In this document: positions 1 through 9,138 of the stretch, one piece after another
How the letters are laid out: every line of letters begins with the position of its first letter
How positions within the stretch are numbered: the stretch's first letter is position 1
Source of the DNA: Candidatus Poseidoniaceae archaeon
GTDB taxonomy: Archaea > Thermoplasmatota > Poseidoniia > Poseidoniales > Poseidoniaceae
NCBI GenBank assembly: GCA_964228815.1
Contig: CAXRAL010000009.1
Location: 5,377 to 69,376, forward strand
Direction of reading: 5' to 3'
DNA: 64,000 bases
The notes under the pieces: generated by a model
Databases searched by the model: none
What the model was told of the DNA's origin: nothing
Seen by the model: the letters and a program-made list of their open reading frames with translations, nothing else
Position numbers and translations under genes: made by a program

Positions 1-2564
1 CCTTTGCCGACCACGTTGACGTGGCCATCCTTTCGGACACTTCGACGCGTACCACGGCCATCAAGCAAGACTTGGCGATCCTCGGAATGACCTACACCCA
101 GTATGAAATCAACGACTGGAGCACCTACTTCGACGCTGGTTGGTTCACGCACTACGACAAGATTGTGCTGCCATGGCAGGACGTGTTGGTGGCCAAGGAC
201 ACCCAATTTGGTGGCGATGGCTACTACCAGTACCTCGGTGAGCCCGCTCGCCGCACCGTGCTTGAGAATTTCATGTCCGCAGGTGGTACCGTGCAGGCCC
301 ATCTTGGCCCGCTCGGTAGCCAAATTTACGGTCTCGACCAAGGCTTGGCCGGTCGCTTGCCGTTCGGCCTTGACATCCAAAGCCGAGACACGGCCAGTAC
401 CCAGGTCACCTACAGCACCATGGACCTCGCAGACCCCTACCATCCGGTCATGGACAACATCGACGTCAATGCCTTCCAGGGCTTTGACGCCAACTCCGGT
501 GTTGCACAGGCTGTGTTGAACACCAAGTCGGTCAGCACCAACAACGTGCCAGAAACGTGCAACGGCTACATGGAAGACGGTGGCTACTTCCAGCGCCTTA
601 TCCGCTCAACTGAGGACATCCAAGACACCGTTCTTGGTGTCTGTAGCTACTTCTCCGGCGGGATGATTATCTCGACCATTGACGTGGCAACGCACTCCGA
701 GCGCGCTGACAGCTCCACCTTCCCGCTGATGGGCAACCTCCTCCAGTACCAAGTTAACCCCTACCCCGATGGTTTCGGCACGCTTGGCAACGGTCTGGAT
801 CTGACCATCAACGGCGAAGTCCCCGGCATCGACCCCAGCACCGGCAAGTACGCCCTCCGCTACATGAAGAGCGATGCGACCTTGACCTTCGGCTACACGA
901 CCTCGACCACCGAAACCCTGCAAGCCGACTGGATCATCGACGGCCCCACCAACTGGGACGGCAGCACCCTCGCAGCAGGCGTCACCGGCCACTCCACCGA
1001 GATGTCGCCCGTGATGTCCTTCTGTAAGGCTGACCTTGCATCGCAAACCGGCTGTGCTCAGGGCGAGCAGTGGCACATCACGCTGATGCTCCACGACGAC
1101 AACGGGCACGCTCGAACCATTGACGTGGTCGTTGAGACCAACGACGTCTATGCTGACGAGTTCCGACCAGAGGCCGACGCTGTCATCGACATGCGAACGG
1201 ACTACGAAGACAACGTTGAGTTCATGGGAACCAAGACGGTTTCCAACGTGGAATGGGACGTCCATCGTCTCATCCTGCAAGGCGAAGGCGAGGATGCTGA
1301 ACTCATCATCCACTTCGACGCCAGCGAATCCATGGACATGGATGCCCTCGACGGCAACGGTATTGAGACCTACGAATGGAAGGTCCTCTTCGACGCTCCG
1401 TACGGTGATGATTCGTTTGATTTGGACGGCCACACCTTCACGCAAACCGCTGCAAGCGGCGGCCAGTGGTCCTACAAGTTCCAGAACGTGACCGTTGACT
1501 CAACTGGCACCACCGAGAACCAGATTCGTATCGAATTGGTCGTGTACGACAGTGCAGGCAAGTTCTCTGAGAAGCACCGAATGTACTTCGTCGTCGTGCC
1601 GGAAGGATTTGGCGATGAAGAGCCGGACGTTCAGTGGAATCAGGCCAACCTTGACGGGACCCAGTTCACCGACGACACCATCACCCTCACGGGTCAGGTC
1701 CTTTCGGGTTCCGAGACCGGCGAGGTGTACGTTGAGGTGGCGTTCTTCCAGGACAACCTGAGCGCTTCTGCGGCCATCAAGTACCAGTTGGGCCAGCAGG
1801 ATCTCTGGGCCAAGAGTGACAACCTCAGCGACGGCGACGAATTCTCGTTGACGTTGGACTTGAGCAGCTTCTACACGCTGAACCCAGCGTCCCGTCAAGT
1901 TCACCTCAAGTATTACGAGGGCACCTACCCGAACGAGCGCTGGGTCACCTACAAGTCGATCACGCTCAAGTTGCCAGCCTGTCAAGGCCTCGAGGCAGAT
2001 CAGCGAGCCATCGATGCTGGTGGCGAGTTTGTTCTCGATGCCAACGGCGACTGTCAATGGGAGGGTGCATGGTCCTACGACCCGCTGACCGGTGAGTGGA
2101 CGGACAACACCCAAACCACCACCGACGGTGAGGACACCGCAGGCGGTCTCGACCCTATGATACTCGTCATTGGCGGTGTTGTGTTGCTCCTGATCATCGG
2201 TGGTTCGTTGATGTTTATGCGCAAGGGCGCCGACAAGGAAGACGCCTTCGGCGGCATGGAAGGCGCCTTCGGCGCTGATGCGCTCGACCCCACTGAGCAG
2301 TACGTGCAGCAACTCATCGCTCAGGGCTACCCTGAGGAAACAGCGAGGGCCTTTGCAGCGCAGTACGTTGGTGGTGCGGCACAGCCCGCCGCAGCGGCGC
2401 AGCCCGCAGCAGCCCAGCCAGCAGCGCAACCCGCTGCCGCAGGCTACGACCAGGCGGTGTACGAGCAATACTACCAGCAGTTCGTGGCGCAGGGCTACGA
2501 TGCAGCGACAGCCGCAGCTTACGCGCAGCAGTACGCAGTTCAGTACGCTCAATCGCAACAGTGA
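1..2564 (+). CDS. Large extracellular/cell-surface protein (5' end runs off the window) with a single C-terminal TM anchor and a low-complexity cytoplasmic tail
   Basis: The frame is open from base 3 to the stop at 2562-2564 (ORF track 21..2564). There is no signal peptide at the internal start, so the N-terminus is probably missing. The ectodomain is acidic and D/T/G-rich. The hydrophobic helix MILVIGGVVLLLIIGGSLMFM is followed by an AQP-type repeat and two QQ[LF][IV]AQGY..A[AQ]QY motifs. Confidence 0.6.
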   Translation, partial: FADHVDVAILSDTSTRTTAIKQDLAILGMTYTQYEINDWSTYFDAGWFTHYDKIVLPWQDVLVAKDTQFGGDGYYQYLGEPARRTVLENFMSAGGTVQAHLGPLGSQIYGLDQGLAGRLPFGLDIQSRDTASTQVTYSTMDLADPYHPVMDNIDVNAFQGFDANSGVAQAVLNTKSVSTNNVPETCNGYMEDGGYFQRLIRSTEDIQDTVLGVCSYFSGGMIISTIDVATHSERADSSTFPLMGNLLQYQVNPYPDGFGTLGNGLDLTINGEVPGIDPSTGKYALRYMKSDATLTFGYTTSTTETLQADWIIDGPTNWDGSTLAAGVTGHSTEMSPVMSFCKADLASQTGCAQGEQWHITLMLHDDNGHARTIDVVVETNDVYADEFRPEADAVIDMRTDYEDNVEFMGTKTVSNVEWDVHRLILQGEGEDAELIIHFDASESMDMDALDGNGIETYEWKVLFDAPYGDDSFDLDGHTFTQTAASGGQWSYKFQNVTVDSTGTTENQIRIELVVYDSAGKFSEKHRMYFVVVPEGFGDEEPDVQWNQANLDGTQFTDDTITLTGQVLSGSETGEVYVEVAFFQDNLSASAAIKYQLGQQDLWAKSDNLSDGDEFSLTLDLSSFYTLNPASRQVHLKYYEGTYPNERWVTYKSITLKLPACQGLEADQRAIDAGGEFVLDANGDCQWEGAWSYDPLTGEWTDNTQTTTDGEDTAGGLDPMILVIGGVVLLLIIGGSLMFMRKGADKEDAFGGMEGAFGADALDPTEQYVQQLIAQGYPEETARAFAAQYVGGAAQPAAAAQPAAAQPAAQPAAAGYDQAVYEQYYQQFVAQGYDAATAAAYAQQYAVQYAQSQQ

Positions 2565-2589
2565 GACCCGAGGGCGGGGAGTTTCTCCC

Positions 2590-2871
2590 ATGTCCGAGGA
2601 CTTGGAGCGACTAGGCCGTCAGGCTCGCATCGCAAAGTGGATGGGCATCATCGGAATCCCTCTCGGCCCCATCATGGGCCTCGGTTTGCTGATGGGCCTT
2701 CTTGGGTTTGCTTTGAACCATCACGTGTGGGAGCAGGGCCCAGCCCTGCCTGACCACCCGCTGCACGCGGAGGTTCGACGTGGGTTTGGATGGTGCACAG
2801 CAGCGGTGGTCCTGCCCATGCTGATGATGATTGCAGGGGGCGTCGTCTACGTGGTTCGAACTTCGTTGTGA
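2590..2871 (+). CDS. Small membrane protein (2 predicted TM helices), hypothetical
   Basis: ATG at 2590 is preceded by GGGGAG. It lies in frame inside ORF 2278..2871, whose upstream part overlaps the preceding gene. Hydrophobic stretches are WMGIIGIPLGPIMGLGLLMGLLGFAL and AAVVLPMLMMIAGGVVYVV. Confidence 0.5.
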   Translation: MSEDLERLGRQARIAKWMGIIGIPLGPIMGLGLLMGLLGFALNHHVWEQGPALPDHPLHAEVRRGFGWCTAAVVLPMLMMIAGGVVYVVRTSL

Positions 2872-2943
2872 ATCATGACGGTGCATCGCTCAGAGGGCAC
2901 ATTCACCAAACCAACCCTTGTGGCGTACCCCGGCTGAGCAGCC

Positions 2944-3984
2944 TCACTCTTCTTCGTAGGCTTTGAGCAGTGGTCCTTCCTCAATGGGGATGCGGCCTTC
3001 TGAATCCACATGGGATTCAAAATCAGGCATGCGCAACCGCCAGTTGTTGGGCAGTGGGGTGCCCTTGTCGATGATTTTCAGCATACGCTCTTGCCAAGAC
3101 AGGGGTTTTCGCTGCATGATGTACATGTAAAGCACGGAGGTGCGAATCTCTTCGTCCATGACGGTGTAGCCGGTAGCGGCTTCGAAGTTCATCGCTCTGA
3201 GCAGGTTAAACGCCGGTCGGTTGATGATCTGGAACCAACGTTTGGCATTGCGAGCACATACCAGAATGACGATGAGGATAGCAAGGGTGTTGAAACACAA
3301 GGTGACGATGTTGAAACTCTCCGGGCGCATTCCCTGGAGGAGAATCATGAGGATGAGCAGGATGGGTAAGGTCGTGATGAGGAAAATGAAGTTCTGCGAC
3401 ATCGGTGGCTTGACCATCTTATTGCGAATGGCAATCCAACCGTCATGATGGCGCTCATAGGGCTTGAAGATGTCTTGCGGCTGTTGGGTGGCTGCGGAGC
3501 GCACCAGTTGGAGCAGGCTGTTGATTTTCCTGAATTGTGTCATGCCCACGTCCATGTTGTCGTCCAGAATGGACTGGAGGCGCTCTTGAGCCAGGCTGTA
3601 TTCGCCCATGTCGGCCAGGATGGACGCCATCTCCACGACAGGGGTCACCTCATCCGGGGCCACGTCTCTGCAGGATTGCCACCAATGAAGCGCATCGTGG
3701 AGCATGCCCAAGTCGTCGGCCATCAACCGTCCACCTCGAACCCACATGTCCATTCGACTTGGGTCAGCGGCGACGATTTTCTTCACCGCAGAGAGCGCTT
3801 GAGCCGCTTGGGCTATCGTCGGTGGCGTCGGGGCTGGAGGAAGGCACGCTTCAACATAGACCGACCAGGCTTCGAGGTGTTCGGGGTCGAGCGACGTCGC
3901 CTTTTTCGCTTCGGTCTTTGCACGGTCCCTGTCGCCTTCATCGAAGGCTTCGAGCGCATTGAGGTAATGCGATTCGGCGCTCAT
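2944..3984 (-). CDS. Membrane protein with an N-terminal TPR-like helical domain, hypothetical
   Basis: 346-aa ORF. The N-terminal helical repeat region reads LNALEAFDEGDRDRAKTEAKKATSLDPEHLEAW. Two hydrophobic helices are FIFLITTLPILLILMILL and IVTLCFNTLAILIVILVCA. The gene begins 14 nt downstream of the Gar1-like gene on the same strand. Confidence 0.55.
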   Translation of the reverse strand: MSAESHYLNALEAFDEGDRDRAKTEAKKATSLDPEHLEAWSVYVEACLPPAPTPPTIAQAAQALSAVKKIVAADPSRMDMWVRGGRLMADDLGMLHDALHWWQSCRDVAPDEVTPVVEMASILADMGEYSLAQERLQSILDDNMDVGMTQFRKINSLLQLVRSAATQQPQDIFKPYERHHDGWIAIRNKMVKPPMSQNFIFLITTLPILLILMILLQGMRPESFNIVTLCFNTLAILIVILVCARNAKRWFQIINRPAFNLLRAMNFEAATGYTVMDEEIRTSVLYMYIMQRKPLSWQERMLKIIDKGTPLPNNWRLRMPDFESHVDSEGRIPIEEGPLLKAYEEE

Positions 3985-3998
3985 GGTATCACGTCCGT

Positions 3999-5156
3999 TC
4001 AGTCTTCTTTTCGTTCAAAGGAACGAGGCGCTCTGAAATCACGTGGTGGACGGTTATGGGCATGGCCGGAGCGCTTGCCTTTGGCCCTTCGGAAGCTTCC
4101 ATCGGAGGAGTCACGGCGTTGTGGACCTCGTCCTCCGCGCGGGCCATCGCTTCGGCCGCCCTGAGTCCGACCTTGTCCTCGGTCACCGCCGTCTCGCCGT
4201 CCGCCATCTCGGAACCCTCGGTTTCCTCCGCTACGCTGGCCGCCGTAGGAGGAGCGTCGGTCACCGCCTCGGTCACCACGATCGTTTCGGTACCCGCCAC
4301 CTTGACGTCGGTCGTTGCGTTGGCCGCCGTAAGAAGAGCGGCCTCCACTTCGATGCCCACCGCCACCGGCGCCACCCGGTCGGGGGGCTTCGCACCGGTT
4401 GCAGGCGTTTCGGAACGAGAAGTTGGAGTTGTTGCACTGCGGGCAGGTCCAATCGTTGTCGTTGAACGTGCCTCGCTGGGATCGGCCGTTATCTCGACCG
4501 CCTCGGTTGTCACGACCTCCCTGCCGATCATTGAAGCGTCGATCTCCACCACGGTCGTTTCTGAATCCGCGATTGTCACGGCCACCACGGTCGTTTCTGA
4601 ATCCCCGGTTGTCCCGTCCACCACGGTCGCTGCGCTGGCCGCCACCGCCAGGCCGGGGCTCTTCGCAGCGGTTACAGACCGTGCGGCGGGCAAAGTTGGA
4701 ATTGTTGCATTTCGGGCAGGTCCAATCGTCGTAGGTTGGCGGGCCCCTGCCGCCTTGACGGTCGTTGTAGCGTCGGTCCCCACCTCGGTCGTTTCGGTAA
4801 CCGCGATTGTCACGTCCGCCCTGGCGGTCGTTGTAGCGTCGGTCTCCACCTCGGTCGTTTCGAGACCCTCGGTCGTCGCGCCCGTCTTGACGTCGATCTT
4901 GGCGCTGTTCGGTGGGCTTTTTCTTGGCTCGAACGGACACCGAGACGCCGATCAGAGCGTCCATGTCCAGTGAGCGGTCGATGTGAGCCACGTGAGCGAG
5001 GGGCCGGTCGGTGCTGCCGATGACGCCGTCCACCTTCCCGATGTAGGTGCCGTCGTCGGCCCGGATCATGATGGCGTTCAAGGCCGGCGAAGAACCGTCA
5101 AAATGCACGAGCAGGCCACCTTCGTGGCTTTTTGCTTCAACCGTGCCTGTGAACAT
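3999..5156 (-). CDS. Gar1-like (H/ACA RNP) N-terminal barrel fused to RGG/RDN repeats and two RanBP2-type zinc fingers
   Basis: The N-terminal 80 aa (GTVEAKSHEGGLLVHFDGSSPALNAIMIRADDGTYIGKVDGVIGSTDRPLAHVAHI...LIGVSVSV) follow the archaeal Gar1 pattern G.V....G.L.V....LN......IGKV.DV.GP...P...V. Two exact W-x-C-x2-C-x3-N-x6-C-x2-C motifs are present: DWTCPKCNNSNFARRTVCNRC (nt 4665-4724) and DWTCPQCNNSNFSFRNACNRC (nt 4395-4451). The remainder is R/G/D/N repeats. Confidence 0.65.
   Translation of the reverse strand: MFTGTVEAKSHEGGLLVHFDGSSPALNAIMIRADDGTYIGKVDGVIGSTDRPLAHVAHIDRSLDMDALIGVSVSVRAKKKPTEQRQDRRQDGRDDRGSRNDRGGDRRYNDRQGGRDNRGYRNDRGGDRRYNDRQGGRGPPTYDDWTCPKCNNSNFARRTVCNRCEEPRPGGGGQRSDRGGRDNRGFRNDRGGRDNRGFRNDRGGDRRFNDRQGGRDNRGGRDNGRSQRGTFNDNDWTCPQCNNSNFSFRNACNRCEAPRPGGAGGGGHRSGGRSSYGGQRNDRRQGGGYRNDRGDRGGDRRSSYGGQRSGGNRGFRDGGRRDGGDRGQGRTQGGRSDGPRGGRGPQRRDSSDGSFRRAKGKRSGHAHNRPPRDFRAPRSFERKED
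4546..4630. repeat. In-frame 36-bp tandem coding repeat (RDNRGFRNDRGG units) inside the Gar1-like gene
   Basis: Unit 4546-4581 (ccaccacggtcgtttctgaatccgcgattgtcacgg) is followed by the near-identical unit 4582-4617. A third, partial copy starts at 4618. More diverged copies occur throughout about 4000-4900. Confidence 0.8.
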
Positions 5157-5205
5157 CTCAAGACCTGCTCAACCCTGCGGCCAAGTACTTTTGGTGTTGT
5201 CGGTA

Positions 5206-7191
5206 TCACTCAGGCTTCCGTCGCTGAAGCAACAGGGCAGCGCCGAGCATCGAGAGCGTGGCCAGGAAGGAGAGGGACGGTAGCGCACCGTTCTCGTCGT
5301 CAACCAGTGGTGGTGCCACAGCCGGGGGCTCCTCGGAAACGGGGCTGGGAATGCTCACGGCGAGTTGGGTGCTGGCACCGGATTCGTCCACGGCGGTGAT
5401 GAGAATATCGTAGTTGGTCAGTCCGTTGGCCAGACAAATGGCGGTCGAGACTTCGACGACCCAGTTGATGCCGTCAATGTTGAAGCCTTGGTATTCCGCA
5501 CCGCAGATGGTGAGGCTCATCGTCACGGCTTCGAGGTCGGGGTCGGAGACCAAGCCGTACATCTCAAACTTGAGTTGGCTGTCGTCCCACGTGGCGTTCT
5601 CTCCATCAAAGTTCACAGCGACCGAGACCACGGGCGGTGAGTTGGGTTTGGTAAGGCCGAGGGCGAGGACAGCCTCGTGGTCCAGCATGCTGGATGCTTC
5701 GGCCATCACGGCAAAGGAGAACGCGCCCGGGCGAATGGCCTGCAGGGAAACAGCTGTCACCGTCGGGCTACTTGCTACGGTCACCGTTTCTCCGATGGCG
5801 CCCATCTGGCCGTTTTGGGTGGCTCGGGCCGAGAACAGGAACTCGTTGACCAAGCCGGAGGAGGTGATGGTCAACCGAGCGTTCTTTCCGTCGTCGTCCA
5901 CGGTGGCTGTGGCCGTGTAGAGGGTACCGAAGGTCCAGGTTCGCGTGTCGTTCTCATCGCTATATCCCAAGGGGTCGACCGGTGTGCAGGTGGCGGTGGC
6001 CTGGGCTGAATCAGCGGGCTGCGTGATGAAGAAGTCGCCGAGCACGTTGGTGGACACGCTCCAGCCCGCTTCATCAAAGGAACACTGCAGCGACCAACCG
6101 TTTTCGTCGGTCGCCCATCCATTGCCAACGTCGGCCGAGGCGAACGGCCACGTACCGGTGCCGGAGGTGGGAACGATGGTACCGTTGGCAGGCGCTTCAC
6201 CTGTCCAAGCCGGTATGTCATTCATCGCAGGCTCTTGCGTGGTGAAATCCATGAACATATCACAGTACAAATCCCACTGGGTTCGATCGAAACTAACGAG
6301 TTGCGTCACTTGAAGAGCGCCGTCGGGAAGGTAGGTGAAGGATGGTTCACCGATGTGATCGCAGGTTTGGCCGCTGGCGGGCTGGTTGTCCATCACGCGG
6401 AAGTCGTACATGCGAAGGCCCTGAAGCACAGGGAAGGTGACCACCAAAGCGGCGTTGCTCATGTTGCTGATGTTCATCGCCAGTGTGAAGTTGGACACAC
6501 CGCTGTTGGGCAGTTGGTCCCAGCGCACGTTGTGGTTCTGACCGTCGGCCACTGAGAGGCTGATCTCCATGTCATCGGTGGTCGAAGTGGGCACTTCCTT
6601 GCAGTCGGCTGCTGCACCAAAGTTGGTGCATGTTCGAGCGTCGGGGTGGCCTTCGGGAACGAGGTTCACCTCGTCAAGGCCGATGCCGTCTTCAACAAAT
6701 TCGAAGTCGTTCCAGTCCACACCACCCGAGTGAGGGATGCCTTCTCGCATGCCAAGTCGGGTCTCCATGTCGGCGATGCACTTGGGGCCAATGCTGCGGA
6801 CAGCGTCTCGCTCGTCGGTGCTGATCCAGTCGTTGTCGCCTCCTGGCAGCCCCTCAAAGAGCCCGTCAAGGTTGTCGCGAACGATGGCGGAGTTTGAGCC
6901 GTTGACCCAGGCGTTGGCGTACATGTCGCCGGTGGCCCAGTCGTCAAGCACATTGAGTTCAAACAATGCGAAATCGTACTCGAAGAGGTCTTCAAACGAG
7001 TATCCGGAGCAGTCCACGTCAAGCGTATCTTGACGGCCTTCAGTGGACGAAATTACGGGAGAATCAGCGAAACTGGTCAGGACGGGAGATGACGAGACCC
7101 CCATCAACACGAGGGTGATGAGAACGGTGAGCATCGGTGCGGTCAATCGGCGTGCCATAGCATCCCCTTGACTTTCGCCTTCATGAAGCAT
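5206..7191 (-). CDS. Secreted cell-surface protein with an N-terminal signal/anchor and a C-terminal TM segment
   Basis: 661-aa ORF. The alternative ATG at 7158 gives MARRLTAPMLTVLITLVLMGVSSS, which is signal-peptide-like. The body is acidic and T/D/N-rich. The C-terminal hydrophobic segment plus basic stop-transfer reads LPSLSFLATLSMLGAALLLQRRKPE. The gene begins 12 nt downstream of the ABC-2 permease gene. Confidence 0.6.
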   Translation of the reverse strand: MLHEGESQGDAMARRLTAPMLTVLITLVLMGVSSSPVLTSFADSPVISSTEGRQDTLDVDCSGYSFEDLFEYDFALFELNVLDDWATGDMYANAWVNGSNSAIVRDNLDGLFEGLPGGDNDWISTDERDAVRSIGPKCIADMETRLGMREGIPHSGGVDWNDFEFVEDGIGLDEVNLVPEGHPDARTCTNFGAAADCKEVPTSTTDDMEISLSVADGQNHNVRWDQLPNSGVSNFTLAMNISNMSNAALVVTFPVLQGLRMYDFRVMDNQPASGQTCDHIGEPSFTYLPDGALQVTQLVSFDRTQWDLYCDMFMDFTTQEPAMNDIPAWTGEAPANGTIVPTSGTGTWPFASADVGNGWATDENGWSLQCSFDEAGWSVSTNVLGDFFITQPADSAQATATCTPVDPLGYSDENDTRTWTFGTLYTATATVDDDGKNARLTITSSGLVNEFLFSARATQNGQMGAIGETVTVASSPTVTAVSLQAIRPGAFSFAVMAEASSMLDHEAVLALGLTKPNSPPVVSVAVNFDGENATWDDSQLKFEMYGLVSDPDLEAVTMSLTICGAEYQGFNIDGINWVVEVSTAICLANGLTNYDILITAVDESGASTQLAVSIPSPVSEEPPAVAPPLVDDENGALPSLSFLATLSMLGAALLLQRRKPE

Positions 7192-7203
7192 TGGTTGATT
7201 CCT

Positions 7204-8034
7204 TCAAGGAACAAGTCGTTCCATGCGCCGGTGGAGGACCCACCAAGGCACGATTGTCCACAGCAGGGCAGCCAGCCACGACTGCCATGCAGCGACGCCA
7301 CGGTCAACCGTTGGAAGTTGGGTTTCCAACAGATGGTGGTAGACGCCGTTGGGGGAGAGCAAATCCAGCAGGCCCTCAAGCGCAACCCATGCCGGGTCGT
7401 TGGCTTCCCCCACCGCCACACCGGACGCATAGGCCACCATGGTGGTCACCAGGGCCCAAAGAAAGGTGAAGAAGAACCACACGCCGATACCAAACGCAAT
7501 GGCGGTCCCTTGTTCCCTCGCGGAGGTTGAAGCGAGCAGGGCAAACAGCGTGTACCAGAGCACGATGAGACCGGTCGAAGCGCCGTAGACCAACAGTTCA
7601 CTCGCCGATGGCCATTCACCCATTCGGAGGCGAACCAGCACCACAGCAACCCCCAGCAAAGCATAGACTGGGAAAAGGATGCTCTGTGCGTGGCCGAGGA
7701 TGAGGGCCGTGGCTTGGTGGCGTCGTGGCATGGGTTGAGCCAAACGCACCTCGAGCATGCCGCTGGCTCGGTCCTTGCTCACCCCGTCAAAGGCCATCAG
7801 AACGGCGCACATGGTGGCGCCGAAAACCACGCCGAGTGAAGCATAGAAGAGCACCTCCATGGCGGTGTCGGGGCGATGGCCGCCAGGCAGGACGATGTTG
7901 GGGTCGGAAAAGCCCCACGCCATGCCCGGAAGGAACAGCAAAAGGATGGGCATCATGATCTTGAGGCGAATGCCGGCCAACCGCTCTCTTCGAATTCGCG
8001 AGGCGACATTGAGGATTCGCTGGAGGTCACTCAC
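7204..8034 (-). CDS. ABC-2 type transporter permease
   Basis: 276-aa polytopic hydrophobic protein with about 6 TM helices. It overlaps by 8 nt the stop of the upstream ABC ATPase gene, the typical ATPase-permease arrangement. Confidence 0.65.
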   Translation of the reverse strand: MSDLQRILNVASRIRRERLAGIRLKIMMPILLLFLPGMAWGFSDPNIVLPGGHRPDTAMEVLFYASLGVVFGATMCAVLMAFDGVSKDRASGMLEVRLAQPMPRRHQATALILGHAQSILFPVYALLGVAVVLVRLRMGEWPSASELLVYGASTGLIVLWYTLFALLASTSAREQGTAIAFGIGVWFFFTFLWALVTTMVAYASGVAVGEANDPAWVALEGLLDLLSPNGVYHHLLETQLPTVDRGVAAWQSWLAALLWTIVPWWVLHRRMERLVP

Positions 8035-9079
8035 CTTCTCTCACCTCCAACGACTGCATCGGCAACAGCGCCGAGGATGCGACCTCCAAGGAGATGTCAT
8101 CCACGCTCATGCCGGTGGCCGCACACAACCATTCGACCAAATTCGGGCGAACAGGGGCCCAAGACGTGAGCGCAACGCCGCTGTCATCGGCTGCTTTCAA
8201 CGCTTCAGCCGAAGGGCCGTCCACGGTCAGAATCCAATCGTGTTCACGCTGCTCAAACGCCAGAATGGCCTTCTCGTCCACCAGGGTCTTGGGGTCCACT
8301 TCACCCGTTCCCGTGATGGCGTACCTGCCACTCAAGCCCAACCGCTGTTCGACCTCGCCAAGGGGCCCTTCGTCGAGCAGCTGCCCTCGGTGGAGCAACG
8401 CAATTCGGTCGATCAAACCCTCAAGTTGCGCCACCATGTGCGAGGAGATGACGACGCTCACGCCTTTCGAGGCCAGCGTTCGCACCAGCGCCGCAAAGGC
8501 TTGCGCAGCGACCGGGTCAAGGCCGTTGAACGGTTCATCGAGGAGCAACACCTTAGGCGAACCCAACAGGGCAGCGGCGATGGACAGGCGCTGGCGCATG
8601 CCTTGGCTTAGGTTGTCCAGTGGTTCATCGCGTCGGCTGCGCAATCCTACCAGGGCGAGCAAGCGTTCGATGGTCTTCGTCGACGTGCCGCGCATGTCAC
8701 CGAGTTGCGTCAGGGCGTCAACGACCGTCGACCGCCCCTGCCAGCGAACTTGTTCCGGCATGTGACCAACAAAGGTTCGCAAGTCCCCTGCATCGGTCCA
8801 TGCCTCCCCGTCAAATCTGCTTTTGACCTCACCCGATTGAACCGGCAGAATGCCCGCCATCAACCGGAGCAGCGTCGTTTTCCCCGCACCGTTGGGTCCG
8901 ATGAGGCCCAACACAGCGCCTTCGTGAAGGTCGAGCGAGACTCCGACCACACCGGGCCCCTCGCGTTTGGCCCACGGCTTGGTCAGCCGTGGAGCGGGTA
9001 CGGCATGGCGGTGTTGGACCGACCGGAAGGAAAGCAGGGCCTCCGCCATGGCCAAACCCACGGGAAACCCTTGCATCAA
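8027..9079 (-). CDS. ABC transporter ATP-binding protein (ABC-2 exporter type) with a C-terminal extension
   Basis: Walker A GPNGAGKTT, ABC signature LSQGMRQRL and Walker B VLLLDEPFNGLD are present. About 110 extra C-terminal residues follow. An alternative start lies at 9049. Confidence 0.9.
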   Translation of the reverse strand: MMQGFPVGLAMAEALLSFRSVQHRHAVPAPRLTKPWAKREGPGVVGVSLDLHEGAVLGLIGPNGAGKTTLLRLMAGILPVQSGEVKSRFDGEAWTDAGDLRTFVGHMPEQVRWQGRSTVVDALTQLGDMRGTSTKTIERLLALVGLRSRRDEPLDNLSQGMRQRLSIAAALLGSPKVLLLDEPFNGLDPVAAQAFAALVRTLASKGVSVVISSHMVAQLEGLIDRIALLHRGQLLDEGPLGEVEQRLGLSGRYAITGTGEVDPKTLVDEKAILAFEQREHDWILTVDGPSAEALKAADDSGVALTSWAPVRPNLVEWLCAATGMSVDDISLEVASSALLPMQSLEVREGE

Positions 9080-9138
9080 CCTTGGCGAGAGGCGAACCTC
9101 TATGGCGGGCTTGTGAAGACCTCAGCGCGGTATTGACG

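Noticed and set aside
4395-4900. Possible CRISPR-like or intergenic tandem repeat array, based on near-identical 36-bp units.
   Set aside because: The repeats are in frame within a long ORF and encode RGG/RDN peptide repeats. There are no unique spacers of constant length and no cas genes.
8989-9138. Upstream part of ORF 8989..10026.
   Set aside because: It overlaps the 5' end of the ABC ATPase gene on the other strand and is Pro/Gly/Arg-rich. The hydrophobic membrane protein begins cleanly at the ATG at 9139.
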